Virus record (IMG/VR): IMGVR_UViG_3300035164_000036
Location: 1 to 26,200 of that record
Strand: one strand, 5' to 3'
Length of the DNA: 26,200 nucleotides
Source of the DNA: a virus
Lineage: Duplodnaviria; Caudoviricetes
Positions within the stretch are counted from its first letter, which is position 1; the number at the start of each line of letters is the position of its first letter. This document shows positions 17,401 to 26,162 of this stretch, piece after piece. The notes under the pieces were generated by a model. That model was given only the letters and a program-made list of their open reading frames with translations, did not search any database and was not told the DNA's origin. The position numbers were made by a program, and so were the translations under genes.

Positions 17401-17969
17401 GAACTAGCACCATCTCTAGCAGCCTTTAACCCTGCTCTCTTTACAGACTCTCTAACAACTTTTTTACCTGCTACTGTATAGCTACCTGCTGCAAGCCTAC
17501 CAACACCACCAGTAATTAAACCTATGTAGTTTGTTGGATCTTTAGCAGCAGCAAAAATGTAATCCTTTACACCATCAACAGCACCCATAGCACCATCGTT
17601 TTGAAATACATTGCCTAGCTGATCATATATCTCGTAAGCTTTACCAGCCCTTCGTTTGGTTGCCTCATCAGCTTTGTTTATAAATCTAAGCTCACCTGTG
17701 GTGGTAACAGTATTTGCATTGAAGTAACGCATGTGTTGTACGAAGTCATCAATTACTTCTTCATCTGCTTTATCTTTATAGTCAACACCTTTACGCTCTA
17801 TCATGTAGTTACGTATAGGAGTTAGGTACTGATACTTTTTAAGATCATCTTTTTTAAGTGTAACATTTTTGTCTAAGTAAAAGTCTTCCTCCCTATCAGG
17901 CGTAGGTTGAGTAGAAGTATTACTACGAAGGTTTTCTAAGAACCTTTTGTTCTCTAAGTAAGATTTCAT
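14475..17969 (-). CDS. Large internal virion (ejection) protein, 1164 aa
   Basis: Size, Ala/Gly-rich helical composition and terminal position in the late arm, as for T7 gp16-like proteins; GAGGA SD. Confidence 0.6.
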   Translation of the reverse strand: MKSYLENKRFLENLRSNTSTQPTPDREEDFYLDKNVTLKKDDLKKYQYLTPIRNYMIERKGVDYKDKADEEVIDDFVQHMRYFNANTVTTTGELRFINKADEATKRRAGKAYEIYDQLGNVFQNDGAMGAVDGVKDYIFAAAKDPTNYIGLITGGVGRLAAGSYTVAGKKVVRESVKRAGLKAARDGASSTQIKNAARKAGIEAAKRAVRAGTSDFQSKKIAEQVTKQVTKEGRKSMAFDAMRKKQDELFKRASRTSLKATIAADAGFAVLQDAMAQNTLMQAGAQEQFSKTQSIFSSLLGGVAGAAQLGFGKFRGVSGFDETGDSLERISKSVIEENSATLSKKDSKAVAKQIKKDIKEWNDKVASGYEINTAVMPSELVRNITLGSDGKGGLAKILHDKGLKIPKNKKVADVITNVVRFLPEEDLVEINKAMGKYTDLKLGELTGDKGIELKDLLAKDISEAGKTLAVMSQARRIVDAGIVAAGDRAKRTMEDDIEDAVNEVKKLKAAQPLKYGQSVWKRLLVSSPATTAINVAGFAQYYVGQSMADLFNSTMLGMKAMGQLTYDTNAARETARQARALTQIQAQKFRNLLDPYTTHDAYMRFLGDANNLEVKKKLFETMAGGVEATSDRYGINPNNKFFRNIEAATNAASNVSGVRIQDSFTKSQMFMTEMDKYMRLNRNTTLKEAIMRGDEPDVEVIQGALDTTLKSVFAADYTTDKTPELLRSTAKFAETFSNTPGFGTLLPFGRFFNNVIATAYQWSPLAAPQQFYKFAKNLYTQEPNVTDRDAFARMLVGSAALRLSMDYDNERREKKLGVYEVDVGGGTIIDAKNTFPFSLWLAAGRVLNTMRNGEQLSDDLKQELGTQLVVGQLARDAQFGNDINNMLDVLTNVDVDKRAAAIDGFYKVGGNFVSGFTRPLDALNKAVGFATGTDTAKDVRQADGASVFTQSATKYVDNILETFIDAAEGVTGKEFESANEALTGKSLNVSTRKGDVYDANPFARIFGLTVKPSRTATEVAYSMADMATWKASERTNLPAYDRIFNGYLAPILEVYTQKLIDSPDFQNANLATKRDLLSKTMLQVKKHVRENMERDNDVNTRMLSKKVKASRKFKKETRREALRLMSEVYGTEPSIEDMSFDELQKFIQFGNYIEDINKEVAELN

Positions 17970-17970
17970 A

Positions 17971-19410
17971 TTAGTCCTCTAATAATGCTTCATAGCCAAA
18001 AGGTAGTCCAGTATTAGGATCGTGGGTTTCACCATAAGTTCTATCCCAGTATTCAGCCTCAGTAAGTTTTAGATCTTTGCCTTGTCTAATACCAAATACG
18101 TTTTCATTTCTTACTGTTTTAGTTTTTTCTCCACCATCAGCAGGTCTTGGAGGTGCAATGATCACCTTACCAGACTTAGGATCTACCTTACCCTCATAGT
18201 CTCTATCCCATCCTCTAGAGTTAGCACTTAACCCAGACGGTCTTTTAGGAAAAGTTTTTGCAAGTAACGCTTCTTTTTGAGCTTCTGTATCGGGCGTTTC
18301 CGTTTGGGTAGTTTCCGTTTGGGTAGTTTCTGTTGGTTGGCTATCGTCTGTGTTTCCTTCTGGTGTTGACATTAGATCCTCTAATGAAGAGGCATCAGCT
18401 TCAGCGTTGGCTTTAATCTCTTCATTGCTTAGTGTGTTTGTTACGTCCTCATCTAACTCTCTTAGATCATTTAAGTAGTCCTCGCCCAATAACTGGTTTA
18501 TCAGATTTACAGAAGGTGTATGGTCATACAGTCCAGTTGTTCCATACATATCTACATTAGTTTGTATGATAGGCATTACTGCATCTTGTACAACTTCATC
18601 TATAGCTGCTTGTTTTGCTTCTTCCATTGTTACGTCAAGCATACGACCCTGTGTTTGTGCTTCTGTTAAATCGCTTTCTGCTTGGGCTGCTGCTAGTTTT
18701 GCTAATGAAGAAGTTCTAGCTCTGTCTGCTGCAGTGGTAACATCTTTAAGAAGTTTACCTGCTGCTGCTGGTCCATAGAATTCTTTGTCAAAAAAGTTAA
18801 CACCTAGATCACCATACAAAGATTTATAATCTGCCTGTCTAGCAAGTTGATTTACATCAGCAACGGACAGGTTACCCATGAAACCAGATTCTGTTAGTTT
18901 TGATTTTGCTTGATCCATAGCACCATAGCCAAACAACTGTCGCATTACGCTATCGCTTTGGTCTATTTCAACCTTTGGCATACCAGCCGTAGGCATAGCA
19001 CCGTATGATTTTTGAGCAAAGCTCAGTAATGTACCATCTATGTATTCAGGATTTACCTCGAATACTTCAGGCATATCTATAATAGATTCTATGTCAGTCG
19101 GTCCTAATGTTTTTACACCTTTTTCATTGGCTGCTTTTAAAAGCTTTTCATAGAATGTTTTCATGCCCAGCGCACCAGATGACATAGCAGCTATTACTTG
19201 CTTCTTGGTAGCTCCAAGTTGCATAGCAGCCTGACCTAATTGTGCTGCATCTTGTGCTAAAAGATTTCTTTGAGAAACTAATTCAGCATTCCTATTAGCT
19301 TTTTCTTTCTCTTCTTCTTCAAAGTCTTTAGCTTCTTTTCTTCGCTCTTTTATAGCTTCTGTTTGACCTTCTAAGAAGCTTGCAGCAAATGCTTTCCAAT
19401 CAAATCCCAT
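17971..19410 (-). CDS. Putative internal virion protein, 479 aa
   Basis: N-terminal FAASFLEG followed by a charged coiled coil; late-arm context. Confidence 0.55.
   Translation of the reverse strand: MGFDWKAFAASFLEGQTEAIKERRKEAKDFEEEEKEKANRNAELVSQRNLLAQDAAQLGQAAMQLGATKKQVIAAMSSGALGMKTFYEKLLKAANEKGVKTLGPTDIESIIDMPEVFEVNPEYIDGTLLSFAQKSYGAMPTAGMPKVEIDQSDSVMRQLFGYGAMDQAKSKLTESGFMGNLSVADVNQLARQADYKSLYGDLGVNFFDKEFYGPAAAGKLLKDVTTAADRARTSSLAKLAAAQAESDLTEAQTQGRMLDVTMEEAKQAAIDEVVQDAVMPIIQTNVDMYGTTGLYDHTPSVNLINQLLGEDYLNDLRELDEDVTNTLSNEEIKANAEADASSLEDLMSTPEGNTDDSQPTETTQTETTQTETPDTEAQKEALLAKTFPKRPSGLSANSRGWDRDYEGKVDPKSGKVIIAPPRPADGGEKTKTVRNENVFGIRQGKDLKLTEAEYWDRTYGETHDPNTGLPFGYEALLED
18296..18334. repeat. 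15-bp tandem repeat GTTTCCGTTTGGGTA (about 2.6 copies) encoding a TETTQ linker
   Basis: Exact copies at 18296-18310 and 18311-18325 plus a degenerate third. Confidence 0.85.
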
Positions 19411-19414
19411 CTTA

Positions 19415-19939
19415 TTAACCTTTCGCCATCAAGCCTTTGGGCTTCTCTTCTGGTGTGTCTTCTTCCTCTGGCTTATCCTCAACCAAATCACTTAACAATT
19501 CTTTTCCAGCATCCATGCCATCAGAGGGATTTTCATTTAAGTATGAGCCTACTACAACTTGAAAACGCTGTAGTTCTTTTTCCTCTGCTTCTTTCTGATA
19601 GTCTTTTCCATCGTCTTCAACTTTAACGCCTGTGCTTGTAATAGCTTGCTTTAAGAACTCATGTATAACAGGCTTTACTAACATACCTGCATCTACAGAG
19701 TGAAGTCCGTTCATATTTCCTACACTTACAATGGTATCTACTATTGGCTTTAGAGATAATCCAGCCTGACAAACAGCAGCAAGATCATCTATGACATCGT
19801 CATTAGCCATATTGTTTATGTAGTATTTAGTAATCTCTTCTACGTCAGACATCTCTGCTGGTTGTTCCCAAGGGTTATTCTTAGGTTCTCCACACAAGGA
19901 TTGACCCGGAATTGGTTGATCAAATATAGCTATCTTCAT
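19415..19939 (-). CDS. Hypothetical virion-module protein, 174 aa
   Basis: AGGA SD; PIPGQSL...PWEQP N-terminus and KGLM C-terminus typical of marine podovirus late genes. Confidence 0.7.
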   Translation of the reverse strand: MKIAIFDQPIPGQSLCGEPKNNPWEQPAEMSDVEEITKYYINNMANDDVIDDLAAVCQAGLSLKPIVDTIVSVGNMNGLHSVDAGMLVKPVIHEFLKQAITSTGVKVEDDGKDYQKEAEEKELQRFQVVVGSYLNENPSDGMDAGKELLSDLVEDKPEEEDTPEEKPKGLMAKG

Positions 19940-19948
19940 TTTGTTATC

Positions 19949-20395
19949 CTACTTAGTAAATCCTGCACCAAAGTATAAGCCTACAATAGCTGATACTATG
20001 TGTGTATCTAATGGTGTTATTACAAATCCTTCAGCATACTGCCACTTTACAACTTCCTGACCTGGCCCGAAGATAAAATCTAGGAAGCCTACCTGTATCT
20101 CAGTGTAGCCTACGTATACGCCTACTTCAGGATAGAACACAGCAACCAACTTCGGCAACACTATTATAGCAAATACTGCAGATAATGCAATAAGTCTTCT
20201 TGTCCATGCAAAGTGTTTATCGTTCTTTCCTGCGTTACGTGCTTCAGCTACAAACCCTGCGTTTGCGTTGGCACGTTCCATGAGCATCTTGTTCTGCTCC
20301 TGTTTCATCTTCATGCTCTGCCCCCAGATGGACATCACTCCACCTAGTACGGTAGAGCCAAGCATTGTTATTAGTTCTAGTGGGAGTCCAAACAT
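19949..20395 (-). CDS. Multi-TM membrane protein, holin-like
   Basis: Hydrophobic segments (LITMLGSTVLGGVMSIWG; LIALSAVFAIIVLPKLVAVF; IVSAIVGLYFGAGF); directly downstream of the muramidase gene. Confidence 0.5.
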   Translation of the reverse strand: MFGLPLELITMLGSTVLGGVMSIWGQSMKMKQEQNKMLMERANANAGFVAEARNAGKNDKHFAWTRRLIALSAVFAIIVLPKLVAVFYPEVGVYVGYTEIQVGFLDFIFGPGQEVVKWQYAEGFVITPLDTHIVSAIVGLYFGAGFTK

Positions 20396-21931
20396 TTATA
20401 TATTGCCTCTTAGTTTGTCTAGCTCATCCTTTACCTCATCGACAGTATGTTGTGCTTTATTGCCACTGCCATAGTAGCTGTCACCTTTTTTTAGTTTAAC
20501 ATCTTTGCCATTTCTTCTAACAGTCATATCATATGGAACAGGAAAAGAAGCAAACTCTTTTGCTAACTCTAGCATTGCTCTATCTTGGCTGACAGTGCTA
20601 CTACCTTCTAAGTATCTTCCTACTCGTTCTCTTTTTTGAGTTATTAAATATTTACCTATTTTATTTTGTGTGTCTTCATTAAATACTGTATCATCTGATA
20701 AATTTAAAGCGTCTACAGCCATAGCTAAAGTAGTTGGTATTGTTTGAAATCTTCCTACAGCAAAAAGTCTTTCCGTATTATTAGGGTCCGTTATAGCTTG
20801 TTTTGTTTGTATCTCACCTATAGTCATTTCAGTTAGACTTTTGCCATCTCTGGTTGTATTATTTGTACTGCCTATTATCTTTTTTCCTATAGTTCCTCTG
20901 TTACTAGAGTTATAATCTCCTTCACCTTCTTGAATAAATTCAAACATAGGCTCAAGTGCCATTATTGTTTCTGTTTCTGATCTTGTAGAAGGTAGCCCCA
21001 TATCATCATCAGTAGTAACACCAGCAGGAGCAAGCTCAGTAACAGCAACTTCTGGTCTAGCACCTAGCCCTCTAATCTTTTTGTCTACTGTTGCTTCGGA
21101 GGGTAGAGGTATCTCATCATAGCCTAGCTCTGGTTCAAATATACGTTGATCCAAAGGAACACCAGACTGATAGAACTGTGCGTCTGGGTCTACACTATCA
21201 ACAATATCTTTTGCTCTTTCCATCTCTTGAGGTGGAGGTATAATAAGAGTTTCACCTGCAAGTATACGATTTATATTTTCTATTTTGTTTACTTTTGCTA
21301 AATCATCTATAGCAACACCTTCTCTTTGAGCAATCTCAGATAGTGTGTCACCTCTTTTTATGGTGTACTCTTTGCCGCCTATTCCTCTTTGTTTTAAGAA
21401 AGCATTGACAGCATTCTTTACCCTATCCTTATTAGCAGTAATAGGTGGTACTACATCATATCTCATGTTAGCATCACTAGGTATGCCACTGTAAAAAAGA
21501 GGAGGTGCTTTACTGTAGTCTACTGCATCTCTTATTCTAGCCTCTATAACTCCTGGATTTATTGGCCCACGAAACAGCGGTCCTCTATATACTTTTGAAG
21601 GATCTACTTCCGTATCTTTTGGATCATCTCCACCAAAGGACTTAAATAATTCAACAGCTTTATTTTTTACTGTATCTATTATTGATGTTGGTGGATCTGG
21701 CTTATCGTCACGCTGTGGAGGCGTAGGTATTACATCATACGTGCTACCTCGTTCAAATGGTTTAGAACCTAATCCTTTTGTTGGGCTACCACCAAAGCGT
21801 TCTGCAGGGTCTGCCCCCATCCCACTAAATCCACTACCTCTAGATGGTTTAGGATCTACTTTTTTATTAGATGGACGAGATCTACCATACTGGTCATACA
21901 TTTCTTTTTGAGTGAACTTTGGATCGTACAT
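20396..21931 (-). CDS. LysM-domain protein with C-terminal lysozyme-like (muramidase/lytic transglycosylase) domain; start revised from 22051
   Basis: YTIKRGDTLSEIAQREGVAIDDLAKVNKIENINRILAGETLIIP LysM; IQEGEGDY...MTIGEI...AVGRFQTIPTTL...FNEDTQ lysozyme-like motifs; ATG 21931 lies 1 nt after the upstream stop. Confidence 0.8.
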   Translation of the reverse strand: MYDPKFTQKEMYDQYGRSRPSNKKVDPKPSRGSGFSGMGADPAERFGGSPTKGLGSKPFERGSTYDVIPTPPQRDDKPDPPTSIIDTVKNKAVELFKSFGGDDPKDTEVDPSKVYRGPLFRGPINPGVIEARIRDAVDYSKAPPLFYSGIPSDANMRYDVVPPITANKDRVKNAVNAFLKQRGIGGKEYTIKRGDTLSEIAQREGVAIDDLAKVNKIENINRILAGETLIIPPPQEMERAKDIVDSVDPDAQFYQSGVPLDQRIFEPELGYDEIPLPSEATVDKKIRGLGARPEVAVTELAPAGVTTDDDMGLPSTRSETETIMALEPMFEFIQEGEGDYNSSNRGTIGKKIIGSTNNTTRDGKSLTEMTIGEIQTKQAITDPNNTERLFAVGRFQTIPTTLAMAVDALNLSDDTVFNEDTQNKIGKYLITQKRERVGRYLEGSSTVSQDRAMLELAKEFASFPVPYDMTVRRNGKDVKLKKGDSYYGSGNKAQHTVDEVKDELDKLRGNI

Positions 21932-21932
21932 A

Positions 21933-24086
21933 TTATTTTCCCAAACCTTTGAATGGATTAAAGCTTCCGAGGATAATGTCTGTTGCGCCTTTAACAAGCT
22001 CATTAACAAAATTGCCAGCAGCATTTTCAAGTAGTTTTCCTGACTCGCCATTTGCTTCTATCTGTGCTTCTAATATTTTAGTTGTTCTGTCTGCTGCGCT
22101 TTCACCAGACTGCCAAGCCCATGCTAACAAATCACGCTCACGTTGTATAGCATTATTATACATTGTAGATGTGAGATTGTTTGCTACTAATGCTGCATCT
22201 CTGTTTGCTTGGTTAGCTGCTGCGTTGGCTGCTGTAGTAATAGCTTGCGCCCATGCAGCGTTTGCTTGTGCAACTATTAGATGGTTCTGTGCGTTAAATT
22301 GATCACGTGCATTAATCTGCGCTGTATTGAACTGAGACAATGCATTTAATTCACCTGCATTGAAACGGTTGATAGCGTTGATTTGCTCTGCGTTAAACCT
22401 TTGTACCTGTGAACCTAGTCCTGCAAAGAATTGATCTGTTTGCATCTGACTTGTAGCATTAAATTGTCTTGCAGCATTTATTGCAGCAGCATCACTAAGT
22501 ATAGCTTGAGCAGTTTCTTGTGATTTTAGAACAGTCATTTGCTGTTCGTTACTTAGATTAGCCATGTCCATAGCAAGGAATGATTTAGCATTCTGTACGT
22601 TAGCGGCTTGTCTGGCATCTAAGTTACGTAAATCTATTTGAGTTAATGTAGCTGCATCGGCTAAAACTTTTGCTTGTCTAGCATCTAAGTTAGCCAAGTC
22701 TACAGTCTGTGCCATCTTAGCGTTTTCTAGTGCTACCTGTTGCTCTGCAGTAAAGTTTATGTTAGCTATTTCAGATATACGTGCTGCGTTTCTTACCCTA
22801 GTTTGAAACTCTTGGTCAAACTCTAAACCTAAAAAGCTTGCACGTTGTTCAGCGTTAAGTAAAGCTACTTCTTGTTTGTTGGATGCATCTATCTGTGCGA
22901 TGGGCAGGGCTGCTTCCATACCTGCTTGTACAATAGCCATACCTGCCATGCTAGAAGCTGACAGTCCACGTGCAGCCATTGCTGCTGTTGCATTACGCAT
23001 AGCTCCTGCAGCCCATGAGGGTGGATCGCCACCTTGGAAGTCCTCCATCAAAGTGTCTAGCTCAGTCTTTACAGATGCAGCTTCGGTCTTTGCTATGGTG
23101 GCATCTACTCTATCTTGATCTACAGCAGAGCCAGATATTAGTTGATCTGGTGTAACCTTTAGTGGATCAGGGGCATCTACTGTTTGTGGCTCTCCTATTT
23201 GTGCAGCTTGTAACTGTAGTGCTGCTGCTGCAAAAGGATTCATTTGTGCAGGATCAACAAGAGAGTTTGGATCTAACTCTCCTTGTGCTGCTAAATAATT
23301 ATCTAGGGCTGCTTGTAGTGCTTGCTGAGATTCGTATGCTTGATATTCTGCTGGTGTCATAGCAGCAATTTCTTCGGCTGTTGCTGCTGCTCCTGTTACT
23401 GTAGCTCCTGCCTGTGCTGCTGTTCCTGCTTGTCCTGTGCCTTGTGGTATAAGTGTTGCTGGTCCACCGTCTGCTGCTACAACGTTTGCTCTAGTTACCA
23501 TAGCATTTGGATCAGTGCCTATTTGTTGTGACAGTAGAGAGCCACTTGGCATCATGTTTGCAGGGTTTCGTGTAGCACCGCCTGTTGGTGTTGTGCCTCC
23601 TGTTGGTGAACTTCCAGCACCGGGAACGTTAACAGGATTAGGTTGATTAGGGTTAATTACAGGAGAGGCTTGTACTGGTGTTGTTCGTCTTGAATCGTTT
23701 CTACTGTCTCTATCTTTAGCTTGTCGCTCTAAAAACTTTTGGTGGTTTGCTATAGACAAAGCTTTATGCGCTGCTTGTTGTGCTGCAGTACCACCTTTTC
23801 TAGCAGGAATAGGTGCAGCAGAACCTGATAAATTTTTGATACCCATTCTTGACATATCTCTTGCAGCTTGTTGTGCAGAGTAGTTTCCTTTATAGGCATT
23901 AATAACCTTACCCTCAACCATCTGTCTAGCTGCCATAGTGTACTTGCCCATCTTGGCTGCTGCTGCAGGATTAGCTGCTAGAAAAGCATTGATAGACTTT
24001 TGATCTTTAGGTCCATTATAGCCCAACGCTGGTAGTATCTTGTTTGTAATTGTCTCAGGCTTGAACCCTGCAAATTTTTTAGCCAT
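21933..24086 (-). CDS. Ala/Gln/Asn-rich internal virion protein, putative DNA ejection/pilot protein, 717 aa
   Basis: Low-complexity N-half; 11- and 22-residue periodic C-half. Confidence 0.6.
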   Translation of the reverse strand: MAKKFAGFKPETITNKILPALGYNGPKDQKSINAFLAANPAAAAKMGKYTMAARQMVEGKVINAYKGNYSAQQAARDMSRMGIKNLSGSAAPIPARKGGTAAQQAAHKALSIANHQKFLERQAKDRDSRNDSRRTTPVQASPVINPNQPNPVNVPGAGSSPTGGTTPTGGATRNPANMMPSGSLLSQQIGTDPNAMVTRANVVAADGGPATLIPQGTGQAGTAAQAGATVTGAAATAEEIAAMTPAEYQAYESQQALQAALDNYLAAQGELDPNSLVDPAQMNPFAAAALQLQAAQIGEPQTVDAPDPLKVTPDQLISGSAVDQDRVDATIAKTEAASVKTELDTLMEDFQGGDPPSWAAGAMRNATAAMAARGLSASSMAGMAIVQAGMEAALPIAQIDASNKQEVALLNAEQRASFLGLEFDQEFQTRVRNAARISEIANINFTAEQQVALENAKMAQTVDLANLDARQAKVLADAATLTQIDLRNLDARQAANVQNAKSFLAMDMANLSNEQQMTVLKSQETAQAILSDAAAINAARQFNATSQMQTDQFFAGLGSQVQRFNAEQINAINRFNAGELNALSQFNTAQINARDQFNAQNHLIVAQANAAWAQAITTAANAAANQANRDAALVANNLTSTMYNNAIQRERDLLAWAWQSGESAADRTTKILEAQIEANGESGKLLENAAGNFVNELVKGATDIILGSFNPFKGLGK

Positions 24087-24089
24087 ATC

Positions 24090-24332
24090 TTATTTCCCTA
24101 TTTGCATCCACAGTGATGCGGCTATGAAAGTTATTACTGCTACTGTTGACATCTTTACAATGGTTGACCATACACCTCTTCGTGTATCACGCCACATTTC
24201 TAGTAAGCTACGCATTTCAAGTATGTCTTTACGAGCATCATCATCATGTAGCCCTACCTCACGCAATGCTGCTGAAGCACCACGCTTGGCTGCACGATCT
24301 AACATATCTTCTAATTCTTCTGGTGTTATCAT
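24090..24332 (-). CDS. DUF6127-like small protein with C-terminal TM helix
   Basis: AAKRGASAALREVGLHDDDARKDILEMRSLLEMWRD plus hydrophobic C-terminus; ATGA coupling at 24329-24332. Confidence 0.6.
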   Translation of the reverse strand: MITPEELEDMLDRAAKRGASAALREVGLHDDDARKDILEMRSLLEMWRDTRRGVWSTIVKMSTVAVITFIAASLWMQIGK

Positions 24333-25147
24333 TTCCAATGTGCGGCGGCTAGTTGTTGAATTGTTGACCCTGACACAATGTTAGACGCAGGGTTGTTTTG
24401 GTTACAGTTATAACTTGTAGTGCCTAGAGATGTTCCTTGATCTCTCCAGCTATAGTGATTGGTAGCACCTTCTAAATCAATTTGCTGCAAGCTGTCGGAA
24501 TTGCTAACAGTAACCGAACCTGCTGGATTTGTGTCTTCAGTTACACCTGAACCGATTGTAATGCCATTATATTGTGTTGAAAGTGAAATAGTTTTAGAAT
24601 AACTACTTGTGTTTGTATTCTGTGCTGTTGCTGTCGCTGTAGGAGTAGAACTATTGTATCCAGTTATTTCCCATATATGGGCAACAGATCTACCACTGCC
24701 TCCATTTCCAGTAACATAGGTAGATCCTGATGTAGAAGTAACTAAATAATATACTGCTGATGTGGGTTGCGCTTGCCAAATACCTGAATTAGGACTTACA
24801 GTGTCTACTTTACAGGCTTGCGTCATGTTTGTGCCACCCAAAGTTACATATGTGTTATTTGGTCCTGCTAATTGAAGTGTAACAACAACTATTTTTGTAC
24901 CAGAACTTAAAGTAACAAACCCACTAGGAAATCCATTACCAGTTGTAGATGTGCGACCTTTGTAAGTACCAGTAGGAGCTGCTGCAGAAACTCCATAGTA
25001 CTCATTAAAAGCATTTTGTGCGGTAGAACCTTTACCAATCATTGCACGAATGTCGGCATCGTTTAGTGCAGCTTGTGAGCCACTACCACCACCTGCCTCA
25101 ACGTGAATTTGGTTTATAGTTATTTGACCACTACTTGGTAGAGCCAT
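24329..25147 (-). CDS. Putative tail-tip adhesin / receptor-binding protein, 272 aa
   Basis: MALPSSGQITINQIHVEAGG N-terminal attachment-like motif; Ser/Thr/Gly-rich beta body; TAATG-coupled to the tail fiber. Confidence 0.55.
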   Translation of the reverse strand: MALPSSGQITINQIHVEAGGGSGSQAALNDADIRAMIGKGSTAQNAFNEYYGVSAAAPTGTYKGRTSTTGNGFPSGFVTLSSGTKIVVVTLQLAGPNNTYVTLGGTNMTQACKVDTVSPNSGIWQAQPTSAVYYLVTSTSGSTYVTGNGGSGRSVAHIWEITGYNSSTPTATATAQNTNTSSYSKTISLSTQYNGITIGSGVTEDTNPAGSVTVSNSDSLQQIDLEGATNHYSWRDQGTSLGTTSYNCNQNNPASNIVSGSTIQQLAAAHWK

Positions 25148-26160
25148 TATTCACACTCACATTTTTTACATTTACATTGATCTAATTGTTCTTTTAATTC
25201 TTTTATTGCTTCTATTAACAAGCCATGAATTTGATCGTATTGTACAGTTTTAAACTCAACATTACTATCGTCATTAAAAACTAAATTTGTATTTTGAACT
25301 GCACTTGGTAAAACATTTTCAAGCTCTTGAGCTATAACCCCTGCGCCTTGATTTCCATCATTAGTGTAGGTAAAAGTATAACCATTTATCTGTGAAACTT
25401 TATCCAGTGCATTTTCAATTTTGTTAATATCTTTCTTTAGTCTTTCATCAGATATTGTGCTAGAGTAGCCAATAACGTTTCCGTCAACATGTAAGTCACC
25501 AGCATCGGTAAGCCTCATATCTTCCCCACCAGCCGTATAAAAACGCATTCCTACACTTGCATCAAAGAAAACGTAATCGTTACTGTTGCCAGTATAAACA
25601 TCTGTATTACTACTTGAACGTCTATCAGTCTTTAGGGCAAAAGTTAAATCATAAGGATCACCATCTGTACCATTAGAAGTGTCAGTCCAGTTTATGTCTA
25701 TGCCATCTCCTTCGACAAACTTAACTTCTTTACCATCATCAATAGTAACCTCAGTACCATCGCCATCTTCCAATATAAAGTTAGACATCACACCACCACC
25801 AGAAGACGATAGAGTGCCATTAACAGTTAGATTACCTGTTATTGTAGCATTCTCATCTACAGTAAGATTGTCTGTCTTTACCGTACCATCGAAGAAAGCG
25901 TCTTTATATTGTAATACACTTGTACCTAAGTCTACAACATTAGTAGTCTTTGGTCTAAGTACAGATGCTGTAGCTACTACGTCTTGTGACGGTCCTATCT
26001 TTTCAATAGGTGCGCCCTCTGCTGCAGTGCCGTCATGGGTGTGACCAGTACTGGCATTGAATGCTGACTGTATCTGATTGTACTCATTATTAAAATCATC
26101 AGCGTCAATAACACTTCCTGTGGTAATATTAGCTGCTGCTTGTCTTGTATAACCTGCCAT
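25147..26160 (-). CDS. Tail fiber protein with C-terminal intramolecular chaperone (peptidase S74)
   Basis: N-terminal YTRQ...GHTHDGT anchor; SDERLKKDI cleavage motif; GVIAQELENVLPSAV...LLIEAIKEL. Confidence 0.85.
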   Translation of the reverse strand: MAGYTRQAAANITTGSVIDADDFNNEYNQIQSAFNASTGHTHDGTAAEGAPIEKIGPSQDVVATASVLRPKTTNVVDLGTSVLQYKDAFFDGTVKTDNLTVDENATITGNLTVNGTLSSSGGGVMSNFILEDGDGTEVTIDDGKEVKFVEGDGIDINWTDTSNGTDGDPYDLTFALKTDRRSSSNTDVYTGNSNDYVFFDASVGMRFYTAGGEDMRLTDAGDLHVDGNVIGYSSTISDERLKKDINKIENALDKVSQINGYTFTYTNDGNQGAGVIAQELENVLPSAVQNTNLVFNDDSNVEFKTVQYDQIHGLLIEAIKELKEQLDQCKCKKCECE

Positions 26161-26162
26161 CG

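Noticed and set aside
21932-22051. Signal-peptide-like N-terminal extension (MASQENYLKMLLAILLMSLL) on the LysM protein
   Set aside because: Overlaps the upstream gene by about 120 nt; ATG 21931 just after the upstream stop is the more parsimonious start
14566-26044. Plus-strand ORFs within the late arm (e.g. 21919..22302, 24040..24384, 25679..26044)
   Set aside because: Antisense reflections of Ala/Thr/Asp-rich virion proteins
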